Assembly (NCBI GenBank): GCA_918797485.1 | Contig: CAKKNE010000005.1 | Location: forward strand, 2,294,001-2,358,000 | Reading direction: 5' to 3' | Source of the DNA: Pelagomonas calceolata | Taxonomy: Eukaryota | DNA: 64,000 nucleotides | Shown here: in pieces, positions 40,311 through 50,171 of the stretch | Position numbering within the stretch: the stretch's first letter is position 1 | Layout: each line of letters begins with the position of its first letter | The notes under the pieces: generated by a model | What the model was told of the DNA's origin: nothing | Database searches by the model: none | The model's input: only the letters and a program-made list of their open reading frames with translations | Made by a program: the position numbers and the translations under genes

Positions 40311-43300
40311 CTACACGTGGGTGCCCTCGCTGGTTTCCTCCGCCGGGAGCGCTGGCGGTTGGTAACCCTCGCTGGTTTCCTCCGCCGGGAGCGCCGACGG
40401 TTGCCAACCCTCGCTGGTTTCCTCCGCCGGGAGCGCCGCGAGGGTTTCCTCCGCCGGGAGCGCCTCCTCCGCCGGGAGCGCCGACGGTTGCCGCCGCCCG
40501 CACTCGCCGCAGAACGGGCCGCGGAGGGCCGCGCCGCAGTCGATGCAAAAGTTCCGGCCCGGCGGCGCCGACGCCGCCTTGAGGACGTAGCTGGGGGCGG
40601 CCATCGTCTGTCCGTACGTGGCCATTTCCACGACGGGCGCGTCCAGGGGCGCATCCGGACGCTGGAGCCGCTGAATCTTTAAATACAGGATACCGAGGCC
40701 GACAATCAGCACAAGGCACACCGCCGCGGCGACGGACGCTATGATCGTGGACGTAGACGCAGCGTCCGGCCCGTCGTCTTTACTTTTGGCCTGCCCAGAT
40801 ATCGAGCAGGCACAACATTGGTGGTCTTCGGAGCATTCTGCCACATCCCTGTTGAGGGTGACGCAGTGGCCCCGGTGGTACTCGCACAGCCCGCCGTCGC
40901 ACTCTCCGTACTCGCGCGCCGACGAACAGCCGGCAGGCCAACCCCACGCCCCGTCGCCGTCGGCGTCGTTGAATCCGACCCAGACTTCGCCGCACGTGGC
41001 CTCGGCCCGGAGCGCATCGAGCGCGGTCTCGTCGGCGTCCGACGTCACGCAGGCCACAGTGCCGCCCAGACTCGCGCAGTGATTCTCGCAGGAACCAAAC
41101 GTCATTGGACCGCCGCTGACCTCGTATCCGCCGCCGCTGGCAAATCCATTAGACGCCGGGCAGCACGTGTATTGGCAGTCGTCGCCCGGACTCGGCGGCC
41201 ATGGCGAGTAGCCGTTCGCGCAGGTGGCCGGCTCGCCCCAGTTCATCGAGGCACAGCAGTCTTCGGCCCAGGATGTGCAGTAGTCCGGGCGGCAGCCGTT
41301 CTCCCACATCCAGTCCTCGTCCTCGTCCTCGTCGCCCTCGCCCTCGTCGGGGCCACATTCGTGCGGCAGCGCGCCGACCCTCGAGTCGCGCGTGATGAGG
41401 TAGGTTCCGATGTCGCCGACGTCCTCCATGCACTCGCAGTCGTGTTGGCAGTAGCAGTCGCCGCCGTCCCCCCAGTCGATGGCCACCAGGCCGTCGCCGT
41501 AGTAGCCTAGGCACATCGCCCAGCAGTCACCTGGCGACGCCGCGCAGCCCACGTGTTCGTCCAGGTCGCTGTAGCACCACCCATTCCCGGCGCCGTGATT
41601 CGTCGTGCCGCTTGGCGAGGAGCTGCGGTCGTCGGACGTCTCGATGTCGCAGTCCTCGTCCTCGTCCTCGTCCCAGTCGTCGTCGTCGTCCTCGTCCCCC
41701 TCGCACTCGTCCTCGTCGCCCTGGTCGTAGGCCGCCGGCCCGGTCGCGAAAATCCGCAAGTAGCGCACGGTATCGCAGCCCGGCGTGGCACGACACTCGC
41801 ACTCGTAGCCACACACGAGCACGGACCCTTCGTTGTAAGTGTAAGCCCGCATGTCACCGTTTTGGTCGCCCGAGTCGGTTTTCACCTCGATGCCGCAGCC
41901 CGGCGAGACGCGGAAGAAGTCAGTGCCGCTGCAGGCGTCGTCGTGGATGTCGATCCACTCTGCGCCGTCCGTGCCGCGCCACTCGACGCCGCAGTATCCG
42001 CCGTTCGTGCCACAGCAGGGTTCATCGGAGCCGTCGTGCATGCCTCCCTCGCACGTGCTCTTGGGGTTGCAGGTGCAGCCGGCGATCTCGTAGGCGCGCA
42101 CCGTGCACGACGCCGGCGAGGGCGTCGGGGCTGGCGTGATGGTGGGCCGCGGCGTGCCGCCCTGGCACCCCATCGTCTCAAAACAGCCGCCCACGCGGAC
42201 GCAGACGGCGCCGAGGTCGCCCCACTCCTCGCTAACCTGGGGGCAGTAGCCCCGCGCGGGCCGCGTCCAGCAAAGCTCTTCCTCATCTCCATCCCAGAAG
42301 CAGGGCGGGTGATCTTCCGCGTAAGGCCCTTCGGCGCCGCCGTACTCGTAGCCCGAGCTCAGGTCCGCGGCTCGTTGGCAGGCTCCCTCGGTCGCCGGGA
42401 AATCGTAGCCCTCCGGGCAGCCCGTCATGTACGGCGCTAGGTAGATGTCGTCGGCGCAGTCGCCTGGTTTGTTGTTGTTGTTGTTGTTGTTGTTGCAGAG
42501 CGCGTGGGGCCAGTCCAGGTCCCAGGCGTCGAACCAGGCGGACTGCGCGTAGTTTGGGGCGTCGAACCAGGTCCCTTCGTAAACCCCGCCCCGGACGTCG
42601 CCGGAATTCATGACCGCGTCGGCCTTGTCGTGTTCCCAGTCGTGGGGCTCGCCAGACTGACTGTCCCAGTTCAGATATGCGGGCGTCGAGCCGTCGGACC
42701 AGACCCAGGTCCCGTTGTGCGTGACAGTTGCTCGACCCCCGTGGTTGACCTCCTGCAGGTCGAGCCAACACACGGCCATGTCGCACTGGCTCAGCGCGTT
42801 GACGTTCTGTTCAAACGAATCGATGCGCGCGAGGCCGTCGGCGCCGCAGTACTCGCGCGCGACCTCCTTGCTGGCGACCTCGTCGTCGGAGCGGTAGTAG
42901 CTCGTCGTGCACGTCTTCTCGCCCCCGGTCTCGCAGACGGCCTCGCAGTTCTGCCGGGCCTCGAGTTCTTCGTTCTGATCGTTATGATAGGCGCACGTGC
43001 CCTCGTGGAACTCGTCGCAATCGTCGTCCCAGGGGATCATGTTGCACCGCCAGAGGTAGTAGCACAGCTCGCAATGCCCCTCGCCGTCCTCGTCGACGTA
43101 GCAGAACTTGCACTCGCCCTCGCAGTCGTCGTTCGAGTCGCAGGGCTCGTAGCGGCGCTCCTCTTCGTCTTCGCAGCCGCGCAGGGACCCGCAGGCCTCG
43201 TCCCGGAACCAGTTACCTACCTCCGAGCCGTCGTCGAAGTCGCAGCCCCCGCGGACGAAGGACTCGCGCTCGCTCTCCCCGACGGCGTCGCCGCACTCGT

Positions 43301-43781
43301 CGCAATCCTCCCCGAAGCAATCGCTACAAATCTCCGAGTGCGGCTCGTTGCCTTCGCATTCTTCGTTCACGCACCTGAGGCACGCCGCCATGGCGTCGTC
43401 GTTCCCGTCACAGTTGCAGCAGCGCACGTCGAGCTGCGTGCTCTCGTCGTAGCACGCGCAATCGGTCGACGCCGGGTGGCCGTTCGAGACGCACGCAAGC
43501 CGCTCGCCCGCGCCGCAGCTCCATGAGAGCGACTCCGACGACCACGTGAAGGAGTCGTCGTCAGTCCACGCGTAATCGAACATGTCGCACTCGCTCGTCG
43601 AGCGCGTCGCCTCGTCCGCGAGCATCTCGTACGGCGAGCACAGCGCGCCGCCTTCCGACGCGCAGATCGCCGCCGCGCCGTCGGCGTCGGCCTGATCGCA
43701 ATCCAGCCAGCAGCCGTCGCCGAGGGCTGCCCCCAGGGAGGCGAGGGCGGCGAACACTAATAAGAGCACTGCTCGCGCCAT
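40311..43781 (-). CDS. Cys-rich type I membrane protein with two C-type lectin-like domains, cytoplasmic zinc ribbon and tail repeats
   Basis: Signal peptide; CWLDL..WVWSDGS..YLNW..GEP and VWVGFND..WGW; TM IIASVAAAVCLVLIVGLGILYL; CIDC..FCGEC. Confidence 0.8.
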   Translation of the reverse strand: MARAVLLLVFAALASLGAALGDGCWLDCDQADADGAAAICASEGGALCSPYEMLADEATRSTSECDMFDYAWTDDDSFTWSSESLSWSCGAGERLACVSNGHPASTDCACYDESTQLDVRCCNCDGNDDAMAACLRCVNEECEGNEPHSEICSDCFGEDCDECGDAVGESERESFVRGGCDFDDGSEVGNWFRDEACGSLRGCEDEEERRYEPCDSNDDCEGECKFCYVDEDGEGHCELCYYLWRCNMIPWDDDCDEFHEGTCAYHNDQNEELEARQNCEAVCETGGEKTCTTSYYRSDDEVASKEVAREYCGADGLARIDSFEQNVNALSQCDMAVCWLDLQEVNHGGRATVTHNGTWVWSDGSTPAYLNWDSQSGEPHDWEHDKADAVMNSGDVRGGVYEGTWFDAPNYAQSAWFDAWDLDWPHALCNNNNNNNNKPGDCADDIYLAPYMTGCPEGYDFPATEGACQRAADLSSGYEYGGAEGPYAEDHPPCFWDGDEEELCWTRPARGYCPQVSEEWGDLGAVCVRVGGCFETMGCQGGTPRPTITPAPTPSPASCTVRAYEIAGCTCNPKSTCEGGMHDGSDEPCCGTNGGYCGVEWRGTDGAEWIDIHDDACSGTDFFRVSPGCGIEVKTDSGDQNGDMRAYTYNEGSVLVCGYECECRATPGCDTVRYLRIFATGPAAYDQGDEDECEGDEDDDDDWDEDEDEDCDIETSDDRSSSPSGTTNHGAGNGWCYSDLDEHVGCAASPGDCWAMCLGYYGDGLVAIDWGDGGDCYCQHDCECMEDVGDIGTYLITRDSRVGALPHECGPDEGEGDEDEDEDWMWENGCRPDYCTSWAEDCCASMNWGEPATCANGYSPWPPSPGDDCQYTCCPASNGFASGGGYEVSGGPMTFGSCENHCASLGGTVACVTSDADETALDALRAEATCGEVWVGFNDADGDGAWGWPAGCSSAREYGECDGGLCEYHRGHCVTLNRDVAECSEDHQCCACSISGQAKSKDDGPDAASTSTIIASVAAAVCLVLIVGLGILYLKIQRLQRPDAPLDAPVVEMATYGQTMAAPSYVLKAASAPPGRNFCIDCGAALRGPFCGECGRRQPSALPAEEALPAEETLAALPAEETSEGWQPSALPAEETSEGYQPPALPAEETSEGTHV
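40322..40495 (-). repeat. Coding tandem repeat (ALPAEET/SEG units)
   Basis: Five copies of CCTCCGCCGGGAGCGC on the + strand. Confidence 0.85.
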
Positions 43782-44392
43782 GGCGGGGTGGGCAACAAGA
43801 GCAGCTGCAGGTGGGCCAAAAAGTTCAGGCGGAGGTGATGCGCTCCCACGGGGCTGCAGCAGCGCCCACCAGAAGAGACTACGGACACGCCGGGAAGGTA
43901 CTAAACGCCTCGTACGAGCAACAAAAGCTGCCCCAACGCCTCAAAAACCCTTGGCTCAAAACGCCTCAACCCGCACGAAAAACCATCTTTGCCTTTTCTG
44001 AGGCCTCCGGACGAGTCCAATTACTAGTATTGGGAGTCAAGATGATTGCTTTCCTGGACTGAGGCTTCTCTTGTGGCCTTGATTTTAGTGCAGGCACCGA
44101 GGCAACACGGAGCCCCCAACTTCCCACGCGGATTGACAATCCTAAAACAGACAGGTAGGTAGATCACTAAAACATAACTGACGCCTTCGACCACAATTTG
44201 CCCACCATTGGTGCAAGTTATCGATCGCTGCGGCGACGGCCGTCCTCGCGGGCCTCGCGTTCTAGACGCCACGCGCGTCGACCACGCGCCCTCTAAGCAC
44301 CCGCGGCCGTGGACACATGCCCTTCCGCCGCGCCGTCGTACTTGTTACCTCGGAGCGGACTCCAGACACTCGTAAAAAATCCTCTAGTGATT

Positions 44393-44414
44393 CTAGCGGC
44401 TTGTAAGACACTAG
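44393..44414 (-). promoter_or_regulatory. CTAG-N14-CTAG upstream element
   Basis: Reverse complement CTAGTGTCTTACAAGCCGCTAG between divergent genes. Confidence 0.65.
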
Positions 44415-44651
44415 CAATATATAGCCTTGAGAGAGACAAAAAATTAATTAAATACTGTGTCCTCTGCCCTCCTTGGGGCAGCGTTGGCACCAAATCCATG
44501 CATTGGTAGCCGCGCAACGAGCAACTACGACCGGGCAGCCCCGATGATGCATCGATAGCGCGCGATCGTAATCTTGTGCACGTGTTGTCACCTCATTCAG
44601 CCTCGAGGCTGTGCCGCACTGGTCATCCTAACCGACTGAGCGGGGAAAAGA

Positions 44652-45779
44652 ATGCATGTCATCCGATTGCTGCTGCTGCTCACCACCGCGAGGGCCGCCA
44701 AGGTCGCACCGCTGCCAACGGGAGCGAAGCGCTTCCTCGTCGTCGGCCAGCCGCGCGCCGGCTCGACGTGGCTCACGAAGTACTCGCCGCTGCTCGCGCG
44801 ATGCCCGGGCGTCGTCTCGACGGGCGAGGCCCTCCACCCGCTTACGGTGGAACGCCTCGCGCCGCAGCTCTTGGGGCACGAATCGGCGGCGCCATTACCG
44901 CTGCCCGACTACACGGCCTACGTCCGAGGCGTCTTCGAGAAGCTGGAAGCCGGTGGCTGGAACGAGTCCTCCCGGCCCCTCATGACAAGCCCAAGGGGCG
45001 CGGGCTTCAAGGTCCTCTACCCCCAGCTGCCGAAGCGGGGCTTCGGCGTCGACTCGCAGTCGGCGCTCAAGGGGTTTCTCAAGTACGCCGCGGCGTCGCG
45101 CGTCACGCTCGTCCACCTCGTGCGCCTGTCGCAGCTCGAGCGCTTCATGAGTCTCGAGAGCATCCGCCAGGGTCAGATACAGTACCATGATGGGGACTTG
45201 CCGTCGTCGCATTCGCGGTCGCGACCCGCCCCGCTCTACATTGATCCATCAAAAGCATATGCGTGGGCCACGAAGCAGGCCGAGCAGAACGAGCACCTCC
45301 AGCTCTTCTTCGATAGATATTGCGAAAAGTTCGGCGGGACCTGCCTCACCGTAACGTACGAGCGCCTTTCGTCAAAAAATGCCATCTGGGCCTTCGCGGA
45401 GCTGCGCCTCGCGATTTTTGGCGAGTCCGTCGCGTGCGCGCCCGGCGCCTCTCCACCCGAATGGGTGCCCTGTTCGGAGCGCGTATCTAATTGGCCCGAA
45501 GTCGCCCGGCGCTTCAACGGCACGCTCTGGCTCGATTTGTGTCTTGAGAACACGATCCCCGCGTGGGCGCGCCTCGCGGCGGCGCGGCACGCGCGCGCGC
45601 GGGCGCGGGTGACGCGCACGAAGGCCCATCGAGACGTCGACGACGCGGCCCTCGCGCGGGCGGCGGCGCACCTCCACGACAAGGGCGCCTTCTTCGACGC
45701 CGCGGGGCAGTTGACCTATGTGCCGCCGGGACCGGCCCGGCGGCCTCGGCGGGAGGAGAAATACAAGCGGGTCTACTAG
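44652..45779 (+). CDS. Secretory-pathway sulfotransferase (P-loop type)
   Basis: Signal/anchor; 5'-PSB-like GQPRAGSTWL; GFK, HLVR...S, VTYERL. Confidence 0.75.
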   Translation: MHVIRLLLLLTTARAAKVAPLPTGAKRFLVVGQPRAGSTWLTKYSPLLARCPGVVSTGEALHPLTVERLAPQLLGHESAAPLPLPDYTAYVRGVFEKLEAGGWNESSRPLMTSPRGAGFKVLYPQLPKRGFGVDSQSALKGFLKYAAASRVTLVHLVRLSQLERFMSLESIRQGQIQYHDGDLPSSHSRSRPAPLYIDPSKAYAWATKQAEQNEHLQLFFDRYCEKFGGTCLTVTYERLSSKNAIWAFAELRLAIFGESVACAPGASPPEWVPCSERVSNWPEVARRFNGTLWLDLCLENTIPAWARLAAARHARARARVTRTKAHRDVDDAALARAAAHLHDKGAFFDAAGQLTYVPPGPARRPRREEKYKRVY

Positions 45780-45933
45780 TCGGCACGCGGCAGCTGACCT
45801 CCACGCAATCGACGCGGCGCTTGCTCGATGGCGTGGCCAGGGGGTGTGTTAACTAAACTTGTGGTTAAGCAGACACTTGGGGCGCACGCGCGGTCACGCC
45901 AGTGGCAGGGAGGCGCCGGCTCCGCGCCAAGGA

Positions 45934-47700
45934 TCAGAGCGCCAAATCCAGGTGCAGCGTCAGGTCCGGCCCCGCGACGGCGAACAGCGACTTGAGCACG
46001 TCGTAGATCGCGAACTGCCCCGAGATCACCAGGCCACTCCACGCGCACCGCGCCAGCGCCCCGCGGTAGAACCCCGCGAAGGACTCCTCCTCGAGGATGT
46101 CTGCGAAGGCCTGGACCACGGGGTACTGGCCTCCTCTCGCATTCACGCGCGACAACACCGCGTCCGCGGGCTGCGAGACTAATGAGGACGCCGTGCCCGC
46201 CGCGAGGCCCGCGAGGAACGAGACGAATAGACGACTCCCAGCCGTCGCCTCGAGCGAGGGCGCCGCTTGGAAGATCGCGTCGGCCAAGCTATCAAAAAAG
46301 AAGAACTTGACCATGCCGAAGATGACCTGGCGGACCACTAACGGTCTAAACCCGTTGTATAGCACGTTGCCCTCTTCCCTTGATACCCGTGCCGCCATGC
46401 CGAACAGGTTGTCTCCCTCGAAGCGTTGCGGATCCGCTACGACTCGGATTCGTAGGGCTTCGGCTGGACACACCCCAACACACGCTACTAGTGTAGCTAG
46501 GGCACCGGCCAGTAACACGATGGCGGCGCGAAATTCAATGGCTTGCGAGGGCGCCACTAGCGTACTCAACGTCCTCGAGAAATATTCATATCCAGGATAG
46601 ACCGTCAGTCCATAATAACAGTAGCCAGCTAACGTGGGCGCGGCGCCGAGAAACAGCGCCGACAAGCCTTCATTCTCGTATATTCTGATAGCAGCACTCC
46701 CAATGGAGTCCGGTTCTGCTTCCGTCTGCTGCCTCGTCTTGACCACATCAATCGGCACTAAAACAGCGTGCGTCGCCGAGCAGCCTAGTAAGCCGGCGAC
46801 CGCGAACGACGCGTACGTTCCTAGCTCTAAAGGCCTTTCTATAGTCACGGCCTTCTTGCCCTTGTCGCCGAAGACCGAGGATTGGGACGCTAGTACCGGG
46901 GCTAAACCGCGGATCTCAAAGGCCTTTTTCGTGGAATCCAGGACTGGGAGTTGCGTGCGAGGTAGTAACGCCAGTGGATCCGCATATAGATAATCAGCCA
47001 AACCGGGCGAAAAGGCCGGCGGCAGCAACGCCCCGACGCCGCCTCCCCTCTTCCCGTAGACCGGAACGCCTACCAGTAGATCCTTGATGCCTCGCACTGG
47101 TTGCCTGTCGGGCGCCAGTAACGTAAATGCCAAAGCTAAGTGCCGCCGTCGCTCCGGATCGAAGCCGTGCTGCTGCGTGAGTTTATCTAGCAACGCTTTC
47201 CTACCACTACTACCGGGATACCTCCTCAGACCGTATTCGACAGAACTCGTAAACGTCCCGAATTTCGCCGCCAGAAAGGCAGTACGCCGCTTCTTGTCGT
47301 AGGACGCGGGCACGGCCCGCTCCTGCTGGGCCCACCAATTTGAACAGTCGCCGTCGAAGTTGAGCAGGAAACGAGACAAGTAGGTCACGAATTCTGGGCC
47401 ATAATAGCCGTCGACGATCTGCTTCGCCGTCGCCGAGAAGGGCGTGCCGCCGGCCCAGTTCAGCGTCGGGGCGCGGTCGTCGGCGGTTGCCGGTTGTACT
47501 AATTCGACGGCGTTCGCTGTTCGTGTGAGTGACAACGTGAACGCCGCGATGGCCGCGCGGCGCTTCAGCTGCGTGCGGCAGGCCTCGTCGTCGACGTGAG
47601 CGTGGCGGCGCGTCGTCCTCGTGATGGTCTTGCGCGGCGACGGCGCGCGCGGCGCCAGGAGCGCGGATGTGCTGACCAGCGCGGCGGCCAGCAGGCGCAT
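45934..47700 (-). CDS. Mitochondrial-carrier-family (phosphate carrier-like) protein with long N-terminal extension
   Basis: PIDVVKTRQQ, CPAEALRIR, SQPADAVLSRVN; N-terminal signal plus transit-like peptide. Confidence 0.85.
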   Translation of the reverse strand: MRLLAAALVSTSALLAPRAPSPRKTITRTTRRHAHVDDEACRTQLKRRAAIAAFTLSLTRTANAVELVQPATADDRAPTLNWAGGTPFSATAKQIVDGYYGPEFVTYLSRFLLNFDGDCSNWWAQQERAVPASYDKKRRTAFLAAKFGTFTSSVEYGLRRYPGSSGRKALLDKLTQQHGFDPERRRHLALAFTLLAPDRQPVRGIKDLLVGVPVYGKRGGGVGALLPPAFSPGLADYLYADPLALLPRTQLPVLDSTKKAFEIRGLAPVLASQSSVFGDKGKKAVTIERPLELGTYASFAVAGLLGCSATHAVLVPIDVVKTRQQTEAEPDSIGSAAIRIYENEGLSALFLGAAPTLAGYCYYGLTVYPGYEYFSRTLSTLVAPSQAIEFRAAIVLLAGALATLVACVGVCPAEALRIRVVADPQRFEGDNLFGMAARVSREEGNVLYNGFRPLVVRQVIFGMVKFFFFDSLADAIFQAAPSLEATAGSRLFVSFLAGLAAGTASSLVSQPADAVLSRVNARGGQYPVVQAFADILEEESFAGFYRGALARCAWSGLVISGQFAIYDVLKSLFAVAGPDLTLHLDLAL

Positions 47701-47836
47701 GTTTGCCTATCACCACGCTGATTTCTCTAGGCAGGCATTGGCAGTGAGAGTATAGCGGCCAAAATCACTGGCTCAACGTGCAAATACGGTATTTATGGCG
47801 GCGTATGGCCAGGCTCTGGCGCGCGCTTCTGCATAG

Positions 47837-47858
47837 CTAGCGGCCTGTAAGACACTAG
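47837..47858 (-). promoter_or_regulatory. CTAG-N14-CTAG upstream element
   Basis: Exact consensus on the - strand between divergent genes. Confidence 0.7.
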
Positions 47859-48174
47859 CAAGCAGACGTAGCCATCGAAAAAGAGCTATCCAACGCGCGC
47901 AACAACCGAGAAGGCTCGACTGGAGCAGTGCAAAAAATCGCGCGCGTCGAGGAGCTCCAAAGCAGACATCCAAGCGCTGCGCGGCTTTCCAAGCAGCACA
48001 CCGCCGTGCAGGCTGCCGATCCACCGCGCAGGACTCGCGCACGACTCGGCCGCGGCACGCTCGCGCTGCCCCGGTCGCCGCCAGTGCCAGCAAGCACCAC
48101 AAAAGCCAAAAGCCAGTGCCAGCTAGCAAAGCACAGGAGCAGCCAAGCAAGCACCACAAAAGCCAGCACGCACC

Positions 48175-49884
48175 ATGCCGATAGCCGGCGAGTACTCCTG
48201 GAAGGAGACGTCGACGCACTGCCACGTGCGCGTGTTGCTGCGGGGCGCGAACCCCAAAGCCGTCGACGTCTACGCGTCCGATACCTACGTGAAGATCTCG
48301 TACGCGCCGCGGCTCATCGAGCTTGACTTGGTACAGGAGATTGATGATGACGGCGTGAAGGCGCGCGTCAAGGACAACGCGCTGACGCTGACGCTGCCGA
48401 AGAAAACGACGGGGTTGTGGGGGGCTCTGGTAATAGAGAAAGGGTCGCTGTCGAAGCCCGAGGTGCTAAAGCGGCGAGCGGACGCGCGCGACCGACGCAC
48501 GAAGAAGGAACAAGCGCTCGCGGAGCGCGCCAAAGACCGGAAGCAGGAAATGGATAGAGATGCATTGAGAAAACAAATGGCTTTAGATGAAACGGAAAGA
48601 ACTACGGTAGACGACAGAAAAGACTCCGAGAAGAAGCTCGCGGAGGAGGACATGTACGCCAAGTTCCGCGAGGTGCAGATCAAGGAGGCGCAGTTGAAGG
48701 ACGAGGCGGACAGGGAGAAGCGGCGGCGCGAGAAAGCTGCGCTGAAGCAGGCGGCAGCGACAGGTGTGCATGAGGTAACGGAGGCCGGATTTGACTTAGA
48801 CGACATGATGGCGAACGACGACATCGAGGAAGAGGACGAGGAGAACGTGCCACCTCCACCGCCGCAGATACCAACCGTGCGACCGACGAAAAGAGTGGTC
48901 AATGTGAACCACACCCCCCGAGTGTTCCCCACGCCCATGCGCGAAAGCAAACTGAAAGAGGAGAACGCATGGGTGCAAAAACATCGGCAGCACCTCCACA
49001 AAAATAAAATGCTCTTCGGCCAGAATTTGGTGGGCAAAGATGGAAGGACCATCGAGGAGGCGGATCCTACGTGGTTGAAAAGCAGGGCGGACAAGTTCTT
49101 CGCGTCCGGCGACATCATGAGTGCGGCCTCTGCTTATGGTGCCGCTCTCGAGTTGGACGCCGACCACCCGGCGTGCCGAGCCAATAGGGCAGCATGTTAC
49201 CTGAAATTAAATAAATTCGAGGAGTGTGAACGGGACTGCGACCTCGGGCTGAAGCTCTCAGATGCGTCCGACGCGCTGAAGGTCAAATTTGCATGCAGAC
49301 GGGCGGCCGCTAGATGTGGCGCCGGCAAATATTCCGAAGCGGCCGAGGACTTCCGGCAGGCGGCGTCGCTCGCCGACCGCGACTCGGACGACCAGAAACG
49401 CTTGTTCGCCGACGCGGTGCGCGCGGACGTGTTGGCGGAAGCGGCGCGGTGTAAGGCCGCCGGCGACTCCTTGCTGTCGTCCGGCGACGCGAAAGCCGCC
49501 GTCGACGCGTACGGCGAAGCCTTGGGGCACGAGCCGTCCTTTGTGTCCGCGCTGGCGAACCGGGCCGCGGCCCGCCTAGCGTCGGGCGACGCGGCGGGGG
49601 CCGTCGACGACTGCGGCGCGGCGCTCGATATCTTCGAGTCGGACGACGTCGTCGCGGGCCCTGTGCCGCCCGCCGGCTCGGCGCAGCGGCGGACGTGGGT
49701 GCTGCGGACCCTGGCGCGGCGGGGGGCCGCTTTATCGCGATGCGGGCGCTTGGACGACGCCGTCGCGGACTACGAGGCGGCTGTGGCTATCGCCCCTGAC
49801 GACGCAAAACTCAAGAGTGACTTGGAGAAGCTGCGAACAGAGGCTGCGAAGGCGACGCCGGTGGCGGAGGCGGCGCTGGACTAA
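48175..49884 (+). CDS. DNAAF4: Dynein axonemal assembly factor 4 (CS domain, coiled coil, TPR)
   Basis: MPI..YSWKET CS domain, HTPRVFPTPMRES, TPRs with ANRAACYLKL. Confidence 0.85.
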   Translation: MPIAGEYSWKETSTHCHVRVLLRGANPKAVDVYASDTYVKISYAPRLIELDLVQEIDDDGVKARVKDNALTLTLPKKTTGLWGALVIEKGSLSKPEVLKRRADARDRRTKKEQALAERAKDRKQEMDRDALRKQMALDETERTTVDDRKDSEKKLAEEDMYAKFREVQIKEAQLKDEADREKRRREKAALKQAAATGVHEVTEAGFDLDDMMANDDIEEEDEENVPPPPPQIPTVRPTKRVVNVNHTPRVFPTPMRESKLKEENAWVQKHRQHLHKNKMLFGQNLVGKDGRTIEEADPTWLKSRADKFFASGDIMSAASAYGAALELDADHPACRANRAACYLKLNKFEECERDCDLGLKLSDASDALKVKFACRRAAARCGAGKYSEAAEDFRQAASLADRDSDDQKRLFADAVRADVLAEAARCKAAGDSLLSSGDAKAAVDAYGEALGHEPSFVSALANRAAARLASGDAAGAVDDCGAALDIFESDDVVAGPVPPAGSAQRRTWVLRTLARRGAALSRCGRLDDAVADYEAAVAIAPDDAKLKSDLEKLRTEAAKATPVAEAALD

Positions 49885-50168
49885 TTTATCCCGTTACACG
49901 TGCGGGGGAAAGGGGGCGGGGCCGCGGGGGAAAACACACTTACCAGTGAAAACACTAGCCTGAGGCGCAGAAAAAATTGAGCCCGGTTTACATACCTTGC
50001 CCCTTGCCCTCGGCCCGCGCGACGTGCCGGGCGATTCTGGAGAATCGCCAAATCAACCGATCATTACTAACCAGTACTAACCAGCCAGTGCTGACGAGTC
50101 GGACCGAGTAGCTGGACTAATTTATCCCGTTACACGGCGCGGGGGACAGGGGCTGGGGGGGGAACACG
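49875..50168. repeat. Direct repeat pair 49875-~49938 and 50111-~50168
   Basis: Identical 26-mer GCTGGACTAATTTATCCCGTTACACG, each followed by a similar G-rich tract. Confidence 0.85.
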
Positions 50169-50171
50169 TGT

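Noticed and set aside
48090..48170. Short direct repeat CAAGCACCACAAAAGCCA and the GCA-rich tract at 18110-18300
   Set aside because: Low-complexity 5'-flank sequence with no further structure.
50091..50115. Hammerhead-like CTGACGA core
   Set aside because: No properly placed GAAA or stems I/III.
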